The position numbers and the translations under genes were made by a program. A DNA stretch of 64,000 bases from Eledone cirrhosa (taxonomy: Eukaryota), in contig OZ024752.1 in the NCBI GenBank assembly GCA_964016885.1, positions 30,566,001-30,630,000 on the forward strand. Direction: 5' to 3'. The notes below the pieces were generated by a model. That model did no database searches and had not been told where the DNA came from. It saw only the letters and a list, made by a program, of their open reading frames with translations. Positions 1-13,907 of this stretch are shown here, one piece after another (the first letter of the stretch is position 1; every line of letters starts with the position of its first letter).

Positions 1-90
1 GCATCTAACAGAGTCAGAAATGATGGATAACTCTGAGTAGTGATTCATGCAAACTCAACTTTGAATATACTATGTGTATATATATATATA

Positions 91-141
<51 letters not shown>

Positions 142-150
142 CAATATATT

Positions 151-253
151 AATTGTTGCTACTTTAGGCACAAGGCCAGCAATTACCCAGTGCATTACTG
201 GTACTTTATTTTATCGACCCCGTAAGGGGTCGATAAAATAAAGTACCAGTAAT
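151..253 (-). mobile_element. Nin-domain-like SINE 3' part ending in a fold-back hairpin
   Basis: Matches the window's recurrent SINE (ggggtcgataaaataaagtaccagtaatgcactggg...ccttgtgcctaaagtag); 194-253 is a palindrome with a gtaa loop. Confidence 0.75.
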
Positions 254-305
254 ATACAATATACAATATATTAATAAATGGAAACTAGATTTATAGAACC
301 ATAAT

Positions 306-370
306 TATTTTATTATATATATTTCAAGGGCAACCAAGGCATTCTTGGTGCGCTTTCATCAGATAAAATA
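306..370 (-). ncRNA. Type I minimal hammerhead ribozyme (family B)
   Basis: Minus strand: tattttat-CTGATGA-aagcgcaccaag/cttggttgccctt-GAAA-tatata-TA-ataaaata; perfect 8-bp stem I and intact core. Confidence 0.8.
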
Positions 371-504
371 CAAGATTTGTTTTATAAATATTGACATAAC
401 CGTGGAAACACAACCTTGACGGTTGAAAGTTCACTGGATAGTGAATATATATAGCAGCGATTCTTTGCTTAAACTTTAATCTGTTATTTTAATAAATATA
501 GATG

Positions 505-572
<68 letters not shown>

Positions 573-899
573 GGTGTGTGTATATATATATATACATATA
601 GGTATATATATGTATGTATGTATATATATATATATGTGTGTGTGTGTGTGGTATTTCATAACTTCACAGTTATAAGATTCAGATCTTATATGTAATTTTT
701 TTAAATTCAATTTTTAAGTGTTCCATTAACGTTTCATTACAGTCTTTCTAATGGGTTTCGTATTTCAATTAATTTTGAAAATAACCAAATATTACTTAGG
801 AAACATTTCTAAAATAAAATTTGACGAAACGTTTTTTTATATAAGGATAAACATTTTAAAAGGAGCATTTTTTCCTCCTAAATCCAGGGCTGTTTGATA

Positions 900-1110
900 T
901 AATAATAATAATGAAAATTATTGTGTACAATGCTCAGGTGCTCTACAACTCATCAAAGGTGCATGTATAGTGCACAGAATAATGTACAAATGTCAGGAAA
1001 GTGAACAGTGTATGAGTCATGATATACACACAGTTACACACATGCGTGCATGTGTATGGAGGGGGAATATCAGGTGTAGTGTTGGTGAATTTCGAGAAGC
1101 ATAGAAGTTT
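900..1110 (-). mobile_element. 3' end of an interspersed retroelement (unclassified)
   Basis: Homologous in inverse orientation to 24385-24750; ends in an (ATT)n-like tail. Confidence 0.5.
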
Positions 1111-2587
1111 GGAAAAGGGTTAAGTCCATCCTATTTATTCATAGCTTGTTAAGTTAGTGAAGAGTGGTGTATTACTTAATGAATTAATTAATTAATTAAT
1201 TAATTAAGATACTCTTTAGTCATGTATTTAATGAGATATGTGACTCAAATAGAAGGAGAAGTAGTTAATTTAGCCCCTCGTTAGTCATTTACTTACAACT
1301 AGATTCATTTTTCTCCCTAAGATGTTTAATGTTCGTAAATAAAAGCAAAATAACTTCACACTGGAATTATAAACTAGTCATAAGCCATAAGCTCTTCTAG
1401 CTACAATTTTTGCCATTTCTCTATAATGTCTGCAAAAAATCTTCAGCAATTTATGAAGATCAGAAAATAGAATGTTTCCTCCAATCCCCATTCTCATTCA
1501 ATCAGCCTCTTTATTGTTTAATCTTTAGCATGCTGGATTTTTTTAATGAATTGCTTCCCTTGATACTGCATTATGTATTAAGGGGAGATTACTCTATAAG
1601 CGACATAAATCACCCAGAGCGCCCAGAAAATTAAGCTAGTTCTTCTTTTGAAAAGTAGTTTAACAAATTCCTATAAACCTTAATAGATATTTCTATCTCT
1701 CTTTTATAACTGGTTCTTTATTTTACATAAATTATCAAACAATAACAATTGGCTGAAAGAATGTAATCAGAGATAAAAACAAAGTAAACAAAAGGCAGAA
1801 GACATGCAACACTTGTGGCATTGCTGTGGGTGATAGCATGGCTAAGATGCTGGAATAACCAAGCACTCTGATATATTAGTAAAGCTAGCCACCACCAACA
1901 ATGACAGGAACCATGTCATTGTCTTGAACGACACAGGTTGAAAACACAAAATAGTTTGTAATTAATTCACACTCTTCCCTGCTATCATAATATATTTGTG
2001 TTAATATTTTAAACATTCCACTACACATGAAACATTAAATACTATAATACTATATAATACTAAAGCATGTTTTGATTATTTGATAGGCATGTATAGAAAC
2101 CAAGAAATTGTTTGTGTTTTTGCACAACAAACGTGTGTTGGTTATTAAAATTATCAACATTTATTTGATTTTTCTAAATTTTACCTTTGCTACATAATTA
2201 CATAATTTTAACCAAATTCAATAACATTGATTGATTCACAATTCTAGACAAATGCAACAATCTAGTGTGGGTTTTTTTAATATTTATAATCTTTTGTTTA
2301 GTAAAAATGTCTTGTAGTTAGATTTTGTAGTGTTGATCTAATATTTTCTAGTATAAAACTATTTATTATTTTACTGAAAATTAATTTACACACTCTATTA
2401 TTTCTGATATAAAACTATTTATTATTTTATTAAAAATTAATTTAAACACTTTATACTTAAATATTTTCTTTCACAATATTATAGTGCTACATTGTTTTAT
2501 TTTATTTTACAATTTTCTCACAATTAAATTTACAATTGTGTATCTTTGAGTTGTAATGGTAATTTTCCTTTTATTCTTCTTCTTCAG

Positions 2588-2968
2588 AATGCCGTGTGGG
2601 ATTCTACAAATTGGGCAGCAAATGTGTTGCCTCTTGTCCAGTACAATATTATGGTTATGTCGAAATTGTTTCATCACATAATGGCAATACAAATAAAACA
2701 GTGGCTACTTGTCGCAAATGCCATCCAGCATGTAATAAATGTAAAGGAGGAAGAAATACTGACTGCTTTGAATGTAATTCTGGATATATTCTAGAAAATA
2801 GACAGTGTATTCCTAAGGAATTCATTGAATCTATGAACCCTTATAAATTCCTTATTTGGTTTGCATCAATTGTTGTCATGCTCTTTGTCTTTTATTGTGC
2901 GTTTAGGTTGTGTCCTCACTACCTAAAGCAACAAAAGAAGCAAAGTATTGATCAACAAACCTCTCAAG
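2588..2968 (+). CDS. Internal exon with furin-like cysteine-rich repeats and a transmembrane helix; likely furin/PCSK5-type proprotein convertase
   Basis: Acceptor ttcttcag (2587) and donor g|gtaagt (2969); 381 nt, phase 1-1; CRVGFYKLGSKCVASCP...CRKCHPACNKCKGGRNTDCFECNSGYILENRQC, then hydrophobic FLIWFASIVVMLFVFYCAF and basic juxtamembrane residues. Confidence 0.85.
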
Positions 2969-3079
2969 GTAAGTAGATGGCTTTTTACTTCATCTAAAAA
3001 TTCAATTATAAAACAGTATGTTATATGACGGTAGATTTCAGAATAAATTGAAGGCAACAATGATGTTGGTGAGTTACCT

Positions 3080-3119
3080 GTCCTAATATTTTGGGTCTAT
3101 AGACCCTTTGTCAGAAGAC
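3080..3119 (-). ncRNA. Degenerate hammerhead-like motif
   Basis: gtctt-CTGACAA-agggtc/gaccc-AAAA-tatt-aggac; stems intact, and the two core changes are CpG-type transitions from CTGACGA and CGAAA. Confidence 0.4.
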
Positions 3120-3933
3120 TTTGACAAGAGACTGGCTCAATGCCATCAATTTATTCCAAAATCTACCGTCCGTTTTGCATTGTCATAGCCTTCAGATAGC
3201 ATACTGTTTTATACACTAACGTTATGCACTAATACTCCAAGCAAACTACAACATCCTCTTAAAATTAAATTGTATAATTAATCACATGACCACTATTAAT
3301 GTGATCTTCTTTATGTATTTCTCAAAAGTATTAGCAACACACATGATTTGTTTCAACCACTTTGTCGCACTAGTTTTATTCAATAAGTTTACCTCCCTCC
3401 TGCTGTTTCGCACTGGACCATATTGCTAATTAATATTTTTTTAAATGTAAATCTAATGTCATTTAAAATGGAGGAGGTATTTAACTAGCATGTTTTTCTT
3501 TCCTCTCTTGTCAAAATTTCAAGTTTTATTTATCCTTGAAATATTTTAATTTGGGACTCTTTTTATTGTACATTATTGAAAGAAGGATAAAATAAAGCTG
3601 TTGAAACAAATGAATTTTATATTTTCATATTTCTTTAACCATTTTGATATGAACTCCACAAAAAATGCCACCTCTGGTTCTATGAAACAAAGCCATACAT
3701 TTTGAAAAGTTCTTTTGTAAATTAAAACCGCTCAACAGATGTTGATCTAAGAAGTTCTTGTTAAATTATGTTAGAAATACAATCTTCATATGAAATAAAT
3801 AATAATTTTAGTAAATCTTTCCAAATTCTTTATTAATTATGTTAATTAAAATTCAGATTATTTTACTTAATAATTTAACAACTTCATTTATAAAAAATTA
3901 ATTTTAAAATATTTTTTGTTTTTTGTTTTCTAG

Positions 3934-4025
3934 AAATGTCTATGCCGCCAGCACCTGCATCACCTCCACACAACACCTGGTCAACATGTAACCATGCCCA
4001 CCAACCTGTGGAGCAAGGCTTTTGA
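3934..4025 (+). CDS. Probable terminal coding exon (cytoplasmic tail) of the furin-like gene
   Basis: Strong polypyrimidine acceptor ttttttgttttttgttttctag at 3933; phase matches the upstream donor; reads (E)MSMPPAPASPPHNTWSTCNHAHQPVEQGF*. Confidence 0.55.
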
Positions 4026-4420
4026 TCACCTCCACACAACACCTGGTCAACATGTAACCATGCCCACCAACCTGTGGAGCAAGGCTTTTGATCACCTCCA
4101 CACAACACCTGGTCAACATGTAACCATGCCCACCAACCTGTGGAGCAAGTCTTTTGATCACCTCCACACAACATCTGGTCAACAGGTAACCTTTCCCACC
4201 AACTTGTGGAGCAAGGCTTTTGATCACCTCCACATATTACCTGGTCAACATGAAACCATTCCCACCAACTTGTGGAGCAAGGCTTTTGCTAACCTCCACA
4301 CAACACCTGGTCAACATGAAACCATTCCCACCAACTTGTGGAAGAAGGCTTTTGATCACCTCCACACAACACCTGGTCAACATGAAACCATTCCCACCAA
4401 CTTGTGGAAGAAGGCTTTTG
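3960..4420. repeat. 66-bp tandem repeat, ~7 copies
   Basis: Unit tcacctccacacaacacctggtcaacatgtaaccatgcccaccaacctgtggagcaaggcttttga. Confidence 0.95.
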
Positions 4421-7398
4421 AACTTTCTGAAATACCAAAGCAATTTACTTTCTCATCAAATTGACGAAATTAAGATTTCGGTTTCTTTCTCGATATAAAC
4501 GCAAGGAAAGCTCTTACCAAACTACCATCTTAAACTCTATCCAGCAAGCAGAAAATACCTTTGTCCATTCTCAGCTAATTTTGGGGTGAGGAATCTTAAA
4601 TCTTAAATGCCAAAAGATTGGTAAATGTATAAGCCTGAAGGTGACAATATGAAACCATCTTACAATGCTATAGTGTTACATAACAGCTATGTCATACCTT
4701 AATATCTCTCTCTCTCACAATCACACATAAACACACAAGTGCATGCATGTGTGCAGTAACACTCACAATCACACAAACACACAAGTGCATGCATGTGTGC
4801 AGTAAAACGCACATTCTAGAAACAAACATACCCTTATTAGTGTAAATACATTTAAAAGTAAATTTCTTGTTAAATCATGAAATTCAGAGTACACTTGATT
4901 TATATTTGGGGCTAAAGATAAAATTCATGTTATATTTATTAATAATTAAGACAAGTACTAATGTTAATGTTGCTTTCAATTGATAATGTTGTCAAGTCCA
5001 TGTAAAGAATATAATTTACTATAATCTAAATTATTGCTACTTTGTATTTAAAGGTATGATCAGGATCAGTTAGGTGTAAGGCATGGTTAAACTTGATCTT
5101 ACTCTAAGTTATATCCTTGGATGCAGAGAAGTTGTGGAAGTCCAGTTAGGCTGGTAAACAACTCTTATCTCAGCTGCATATATTTACACTTGAAAATCAA
5201 ATAAATCAAGTTTACAATTACAAACATCTTTAGAAAAGTGTGCCTAACACAGATTAATCTGATGTTTAGGGGGCAATAACATTTACCAAGAATAAATATG
5301 AAAGGTGCTATAGTTCATATAGACACTTTGTATTTATTCCTGGTTGATGACTTCATTCAGAATTCCAATGTGAAATACTTCAGATTTTTAAAAGTGAAGC
5401 TAAAAGATCGTCTATATATATTTTAAACTAAGCAAGATAAAAATGTTATAAAAGCTTGATTAAATGAAGTCAGTTAGATACTTTTTATATTACATTAGAT
5501 GGAGATGATATAAAGTTATATCTGTGTAAATACAGATTGTAGTGTGGGACCAAGATAATATTGTCATGTAGAAATATGGTTTACTAAATATTGGGTGATA
5601 AAACATTCAATCAGTCAGCTGGAAAAGTAAAAGAGTATATATTCTTCATTTTTAAAAACAGGGGTAATTCATTGATTTAGAAAAGTCTTCGGGGGCTTTC
5701 AAAAAGTGGAAGAGTTAGAAAATATTAAGAAATTATTCAAGTGAATTTTACTTTTCCTTATTAAATTGTAAAAGTGAGTAATTGGAAGGAATACAAGATG
5801 TAAATACATTTTTTTATAAAGCTACATTTATAATGAAAACAGGATAGGTTAGCTCCATGATTTGGGGGAGCTTTTTTTTTTAGTCCAAGGAAGAGTGCAG
5901 AGCCCTCTAAGACCTATTCAGATAGTAAGATTAATATGGTTGGTGTTTTACTTGAACTTTTACAAGTTGATATCTGTAGGGAAAAGTAGGAATTGTAGTT
6001 CCGAGGGGGCGGATAGGTCGACCCCAAAATGTTTCTTGGATAAGATAATAATCTCGTTTTCAACTTATTTTTTTTATCTTTAATTTTGTGTTAGATATTA
6101 TATTCCCTAATGAGACTTTCAGCTGACATTAGTATTCTTGTTAACACTAATTCATCAAAATCTGGAGACTACATAATACAATATATGTGACAAAGCCTAA
6201 TATTCATTCAAACTTCCACTAGGTAATTAAAAATGTGAAAATAATAGTCCAAAAGTGTCTATAAGTAAAAGAATTATATTCTTAAACTGAAAGGAAATTC
6301 TTTAGATTTTTATACTTGTACTGAAATTGTACTATCTTTTTATGAATGTATTATATTTAAGGTTGTGAGTTATAAAAGATGTAATACACATTTTTTTTTT
6401 TTTTTTAATGAATATGTCTTGATAGTAATTTAGTAGAATTTGGCTCTTCCATTCCTTACAATAATATAACACATAGCTGTTGTCAAACTACTTTCATTCT
6501 TCAGAAATACTGACTATTTCTGAGTTGCCAGCTGTACATGTGTGAGAGCTCTTTTTAAATTATGTGTAAAAAAAAAAAAAAAAAAAGTTATTTTAGAAAA
6601 CTTACATTAAAAAAATCCACTTAAAAAGACTTCATAAAACTGATTACATTTGAAGTCCGTCTCCTAATTTAAGGCAGTGCCTCTTTATAATGTATAAAAA
6701 TGTTTATACATATATAAATTTCTGAAAGCTGAATTTCCACTGGATATTTAGCCATCCATCCTAAATCTAAAGAAACTTCCATCTGACTCTATTAAGTCAT
6801 CTACCTTAAGTGTTGTATTAAAGTTCCTGGAAATATCTTGTTATATTTTCATACCGATTCTTACAGAAAATTATTCTTTGTCTATGTATCATCATGTTTT
6901 CAAATCTGGCATTTAAGCTATCTTAAAGACTTCTTGTTCCCTGCAAGAAGAACTTGTTTAGCCTAGTTTTGGTAACAGAGTCATATAGGTTACCACTATA
7001 TGAAAGCTCAATATATTTTGTACATTTTGAGTAAATATTTTTTTCTAGTCTTTGTTTATATATTTTAGCTTTTGTAATACAATTTCCTAATTTTGATTAT
7101 AAGTCTGCTTTTTATATGCTGGCTGTGTGAGAAAATGGTAATGAGTTAAGTGGGACATGACCTTTCATCGTTTCTATCATTCTAATTTTGGCTGTTTCTG
7201 CTGTCTCAGGGACTGCATTGACACGTATAACTAAACCATTGTCACCCAGCATTAAAGATTACTTTTAAATATCATTCCACAAACTAAATACCATTTGTAC
7301 AAACAAACTAATGATCTCAATAAAAATACATTTTTAAAAAGAAACATTTGGTATATTTTGTTTCATATGTTATTTTTTCTCATCATTTATATTAAAAT

Positions 7399-9620
7399 GT
7401 GAATATTATATAATGTATGTTTGGTAGTGTGTAAAAATGTTGATATTATATAATGTGTACATATGGTAGTGTTTAAAAGTGTTAATATTACATAATATAT
7501 ATTTGGTAGTGTGTGGAAGTTTTAATATTATATAATGTATATATTTGGTAGTGTGTAAAAATGTTGATATTATATAATGTGTATATATGGTATTGTTTAA
7601 AGGTGTTAATATTACATAATATATATTTGGTAGTGTGTGGAAGTTTTAATATTATATAATGTATATATTTGGTAGTGTGTAAAAATGTTGATATTATATA
7701 ATGTGTATATATGGTAGTGTTTAAAAGTGTTAATATCATATAATGTACGTTTGGTAGCATGTAAAAATTTTGATATTATATAATGTGTATATATGGTAGT
7801 GTTTAAAGGTGTTAATATTACATAATATATATTTGGTAGTGTGTGGAAGTTTTAATATTATATAATGTATACATTTGGTAGAGTGTAAACATTTAATATT
7901 ATATAATGTATATTTGGTTGAATGTAAAAGTTTTGATATTATATAATATATGTTTGGTAGTCTGTAAAATGTTTAATATTATATAATATGTTTGGTCGAA
8001 TGTAAAAGGTTTAATATTATATAATGTATGTTTGGTAGTGTGTGGAAGTTTTAATATTATATAATGTATGTTTGGTAGTGTGTGGAAGTTTTAATATTAT
8101 ATAATGTATGTTTGGTAGTGTGTGGAAGTTTTAATATTATATAATGTATGTTTGGTAGTGTGTGGAAGTTTTAATATTATATAATGTATGTTTGGTAGTA
8201 TGTGGAAGTTTTAATATTATATAATGTATGTTTGGTAGTATGTGGAAGTTTTAATATTATATATTAGAATCAGTAGAGGAGCTGGAGAATAGATTCTGGC
8301 TATGGAAACAGCAGTTGGAATCAAGAGGACTGAGAGTGAACCTAGCTAAGACAAAAGTGTTGATGAATAGAAAAGAGGACAAAACTCTGATTCTGTCAGG
8401 GAAATGGCCATGTTCGATATGCAGAAAAGGAACTGGCTTAAATTCTATAAAATGTACACAATGCAGATCTTGGGTACACAAGAGATGTATTGGGATAGCA
8501 GGCAAACTAACAGGTAGGGAGAAATATGTATGCAGTAGATGTACAAGAAAATTTGACAGAAGTCACATTGATAGACACATTTTTCAAATGCAGGTGGGTG
8601 CTATAGAAGTGGTTGATAGCTTCCGATACCTAGGTGATCAGATTAGCATGGGAGGGGGGGGGGGGGGGGGGGGGGCTGTTCCGAGGCCATAGTATCTAGA
8701 ATAAATATGGGTTGGAAGAAGTTTAGGGAGCTGCTTCCTCTGCTGACGAAGAAAGGTTTCTCCCTGTGTACGAAAAGTTGGCTGTATGATACCTGTGTGA
8801 GGTGCGCGATGCTGCATGATAGTGAGACATGGGCAGCAACTGTAGAGGATATGCGATGGCTGGAGAGAAATGAGGCAAGCATGCTCCGTTGGATGTGCAA
8901 TGTCAATGTGCGTGAACGCCCGAACTATGTCTGAGAGGGATAAATTGTTGTGTACGGGAGAGAAGACTGTGATGGTATGGACATGTGTTGCGCATGGAGG
9001 ATAACCGATGGGTGAAGAAGTGCCAAGAATGCCAGTTGAAGGAAGACCATGAAAAACATGGGCAAAGGTGGTGAGAGCAGACCTCAGATCGCTGAAGCTC
9101 ACGGTGGAGATGACAAAGGACCGTGACAAGTGGAGAGATGCTGTGCTGAATAGGACCCGTCCCACCCTTGCAAGCAGGGAAAAGCAGACGTAAAATGATG
9201 ATGTTGATAATGTATGTTTGATAGTGTGTGGAAGTTTTAATATATAATGTATGCTTGGTCGAATGTAAAAGGTTTAATATTATATAATGTATGTTTGATA
9301 ATGTGTGGAAGTTTTAATATTATATAATGCATACATTTGGTAGTGTGTAAAAGGTTTAATATTATATAATGTATGTTTGATAATGTGTGGAAGTTTTAAT
9401 ATTATATAATGCATACATTTGGTAGTGTGTAAAAGGTTTAATATTATATAATGTATGTTTGATAATGTGTGGAAGTTTTAATATTATATAATGTATACAT
9501 TTGGTAGTGTGTAAAAGGTTTAATATTATATAATGTATGTTTGATAATGTGTGGAAGTTTTAATATTATATAATGTATACATTTGGTAGTGTGTAAAAGG
9601 TTTAATATTATATAATGTAT
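7399..9620. repeat. AT-rich 40-42-bp minisatellite, split by an RTE insertion
   Basis: Unit aatattatataatgtatgtttggtagtgtgtggaagtttt on both sides of 8263-9207. Confidence 0.9.
8263..9207 (+). mobile_element. 5'-truncated, frameshifted RTE-clade LINE
   Basis: LESRGLRVNLAKTKVL, Cys cluster WPCSICRKG...CTQCRSWVHKRC, VVDSFRYLG, WKKFRELLPLL, ASMLRWMC; (GAT)n tail. Confidence 0.85.
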
Positions 9621-9903
9621 ATTATAATGCAGATTAAGACAGTTGAAAGATATGTTTAATAGTTAGTGTAACATCTGCCAGATCAAAGATATGTTTTGTG
9701 TAACATCTGGCAGTTGAAAGATACATTTAGTGTAGCATTGACACTTAGTTGTCCTTCATGTCACTCTAACATGTAGAAAAGTAGACAGACTGTAAAAATC
9801 AATGTTTCATGTGACCGGTGTCATATTTACTTACTCTTTACTTACTCCCAGATACTTCATAAAACCTGTTTTCCAGAGAGAAACCAGATATGCTAATGTG
9901 ACA

Positions 9904-12900
9904 TGCAGTGTTAATGATGTTTGCTACAGATCATTGCACACTCTACTTTGCTGGTGTGCAGTGTTAATGATGTTTGCTACAGATCATTGCACACTCTACC
10001 TTGCTGGTGTGCAGTGTTAATGATGTTTGCTACAGATCATTGCACACTCTACCTTGCTGGTGTGCAGTGTTAAGGATGTTTTCTGCAGTTTATTGCACAC
10101 TCTACCTTGCTGGTTATGCAGTGTTAAGGATGTTTGCTGCAGTTTATTGCACACTCTACTTTGCTGGTGTGCCGTGTTAAGGATGTTTTCTGCAGTTTAT
10201 TGCACACTCTACCTTGCTGGTGTGCCGTGTTAAGGATGTTTGCTGCAGTTCATTGAACACTCTACCTTGCTGGTGTGCAGTGTTAAGGATGTTTGCTGCA
10301 GTTCATTGCACACTCTACCTTGCTGGTGTGCAGTGTTAAGGATGTTTTCTGCAGTTTATTGCACACTCTACCTTGCTGGTGTGCAGTGTTAAGGATGTTT
10401 GCTGCAGTTTATTGCACACTCTACCTTGCTGGTGTGCAGTGTTAATGATGTTTGCTGCAGTTCATTGCACACTCTACTTTGCTGGTGTGCTGTGTTAAGG
10501 ATGTTTTCTGCAGTTTATTGCACACTCTACCTTGCTGGTGTGCAGTGTTAAGGATGTTTTCTGCAGTTTATTGCACACTCTACCTTGCTGGTGTGCAGTG
10601 TTAAGGATGTTTGCTGCAGTTCATTGCACACTCTACCTTGCTGGTGTGCAGTGTTAAGGATGTTTTCTGCAGTTTATTGCACACTCTACCTTGCTGGTGT
10701 GCAGTGTTAATGATGTTTGCTGCAGATCATTGCACACTCTACCTTGCTGGTGTGCCGTGTTAAGGATGTTTGCTGCAGTTCATTGCACACTCTACTTTGC
10801 TGGTGTGCTGTGTTAAGGATGTTTTCTGCAGTTTATTGCACACTCTACCTTGCTGGTGTGCAGTGTTAATGATGTTTGCTACAGATCATTGCACACTCTA
10901 CCTTGCTGGTGTGCCGTGTTAAGGATGTTTTCTGCAGTTTATTGCACACTCTACCTTGCTGGTGTGCAGTGTTAATGATGTTTGCTGCAGATCATTGCAC
11001 ACTCTACCTTGCTGGTGTGCCGTGTTAAGGATGTTTTCTGCAGTTTATTGCACACTCTACCTTGCTGGTGTGCAGTGTTAAGGATGTTTTCTGCAGTTTA
11101 TTGCACACTCTACCTTGCTGGTGTGCAGTGTTAAGGATGTTTGCTGCAGTTCATTGCACACTCTACCTTGCTGGTGTGCAGTGTTAAGGATGTTTTCTGC
11201 AGTTTATTGCACACTCTACCTTGCTGGTGTGCAGTGTTAAGGATGTTTTCTGCAGTTTATTGCACACTCTACCTTGCTGGTGTGCAGTGTTAAGGATGTT
11301 TGCTGCAGTTCATTGCACACTCTACCTTGCTGGTGTGCAGTGTTAAGGATGTTTTCTGCAGTTTATTGCACACTCTACCTTGCTGGTGTGCAGTGTTAAT
11401 GATGTTTGCTGCAGATCATTGCACACTCTACCTTGCTGGTGTGCCGTGTTAAGGATGTTTTCTGCAGTTTATTGCACACTCTACCTTGCTGGTGTGCAGT
11501 GTTAAGGATGTTTTCTGCAGTTTATTGCACACTCTACCTTGCTGGTGTGCAGTGTTAAGGATGTTTTCTGCAGTTTATTGCACACTCTACCTTGCTGGTG
11601 TGCAGTGTTAAGGATGTTTGCTGCAGTTCATTGCACACTCTACCTTGCTGGTGTGCAGTGTTAAGGATGTTTTCTGCAGTTTATTGCACACTCTACCTTG
11701 CTGGTGTGCAGTGTTAATGATGTTTGCTGCAGATCATTGCACACTCTACCTTGCTGGTGTGCCGTGTTAAGGATGTTTTCTGCAGTTTATTGCACACTCT
11801 ACCTTGCTGGTGTGCAGTGTTAAGGATGTTTGCTGCAGTTCATTGCACACTCTACCTTGCTGGTGTGCAGTGTTAAGGATGTTTTCTGCAGTTTATTGCA
11901 CACTCTACCTTGCTGGTGTGCAGTGTTAAGGATGTTTGCTGCAGTTCATTGCACACTCTACCTTGCTGGTGTGCAGTGTTAATGATGTTTGCTGCAGTTC
12001 ATTGCACATTCTACCTTGCTGGTGTGCAGTGTTAAGGATGTTTGCTACAGATCATTGCACACTCTACCTTGCTGGTGTGCAGTGTTAAGGATGTTTGCTG
12101 CAGTTCATTGCACACTCTACCTTGCTGGTGTGCAGTGTTAAGGATGTTTGCTACAGTTCATTGCACACTCTACCTTGCTGGTGTGCAGTGTTAATGATGT
12201 TTGCTGCAGTTCATTGCACACTCTACCTTGCTGGTGTGCAGTGTTAAGGATGTTTGCTGCAGTTCATTGCACACTCTACCTTGCTGGTGTGCAGTGTTAA
12301 TGATGTTTGCTGCAGTTTATTGCACACTCTACCTTGCTGGTGTGCAGTGTTAATGATGTTTGCTACAGATCATTGCACACTCTACCTTGCTGGTGTGCAG
12401 TGTTAAGGATGTTTGCTGCAGTTCATTGCACACTCTACCTTGCTGGTGTGCAGTGTTAAGGATGTTTGCTGCAGTTCATTGCACACTCTACTTTGCTGGT
12501 GTGCCGTGTTAAGGATGTTTTCTGCAGTTTATTGCACACTCTACCTTGCTGGTGTGCAGTGTTAAGGATGTTTTCTGCAGTTTATTGCACACTACCTTGC
12601 TGGTGTGCCGTGTTAAGGATGTTTGTTGCAGTTCATTGCACACTCTACCTTGCTGGTGTGCAGTGTTAAGGATGTTTGCTGCAGTTCATTGTACACTCTA
12701 CCTTGCTGGTGTGCAGTGTTAAGGATGTTTTCTGCAGTTTATTGCACACTCTACCTTGCTGGTGTGCAGTGTTAAGGATGTTTGCTGCAGTTCATTGCAC
12801 ACTCTACCTTGCTGGTGTGCAGTGTTAAGGATGTTTTCTGCAGTTTATTGCACACTCTACCTTGCTGGTGTGCAGTGTTAAGGATGTTTGCTACAGTTCA

Positions 12901-13645
12901 TTGCACACTCTACCTTGCTGGTGTGCAGTGTTAAGGATGTTTGCTGCAGTTCATTGCACACTCTACCTTGCTGGTGTGCAGTGTTAAGGATGTTTGCTAC
13001 AGTTCATTGCACACTCTACCTTGCTGGTGTGTAGTGTTAATGATGTTTGCTGCAGTTCATTGCACACTCTACCTTGCTGGTGTGCAGTGTTAAGGATGTT
13101 TGCTGCAGTTCATTGCACACTCTACCTTGCTGGTGTGCAGTATTAAGGATGTTTGCTGCAGTTCATTGCACACTCTACCTTGCTGGTGTGCAGTGTTAAG
13201 GATGTTTGCTACAGTTCATTGCACACTCTACCTTGCTGGTGTGCAGTGTTAATGATGTTTGCTGCAGTTCATTGCACACTCTACCTTGCTGGTGTGCAGT
13301 GTTAAGGATGTTTGCTGCAGTTCATTGCACACTCTACCTTGCTGGTGTGCAGTGTTAAGGATGTTTGCTGCAGTTTATTGCACACTCTACCTTGCTGGTG
13401 TGCAGTGTTAATGATGTTTGCTACAGATCATTGCACACTACCTTGCTGGTGTGCAGTGTTAAGGATGTTTGCTGCAGTTCATTGCACACTCTACCTTGCT
13501 GGTGTGCAGTGTTAAGGATGTTTGCTGCAGTTCATTGCACACTCTACTTTGCTGGTGTGCCGTGTTAAGGATGTTTTCTGCAGTTTATTGCACACTCTAC
13601 CTTGCTGGTGTGCAGTGTTAAGGATGTTTTCTGCAGTTTATTGTA
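9904..13645. repeat. 53-bp satellite, ~70 copies
   Basis: Unit gcagtgttaaggatgtttgctgcagttcattgcacactctaccttgctggtgt. Confidence 0.97.
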
Positions 13646-13690
13646 TACTTTACTTTCCACTCCAGACAGGGTGAACATTGGAATGTTCAA

Positions 13691-13907
13691 CCCTTTAGCA
13701 TTTAAACCAGCTGTATCTGGCCAGAATTCTCACCTCTTTCTATTCAAACCGATTGTAACTGGCTGTTCATATTTATGTTAATGTATTGTTCTCAAAATAA
13801 ATAATATCAAAATCTCATAGATTCGATATTATGTGAGATAATTATGTGAAATAATGTTTACCATGAAAATACAATTGTAAATATAGAGTAATGTAAATGT
13901 TAAAGGG
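13691..13907. mobile_element. piggyBac-like MITE
   Basis: TIR ccctttagcattta...taaatgttaaaggg, flanked by tcaa/ttaa; homologous to 18814-19016 and 45693-46123. Confidence 0.75.

Noticed and set aside
9904-13645. CRISPR-like regular array
   Set aside because: Contiguous 53-bp monomers with no unique spacers and no cas genes; eukaryotic context
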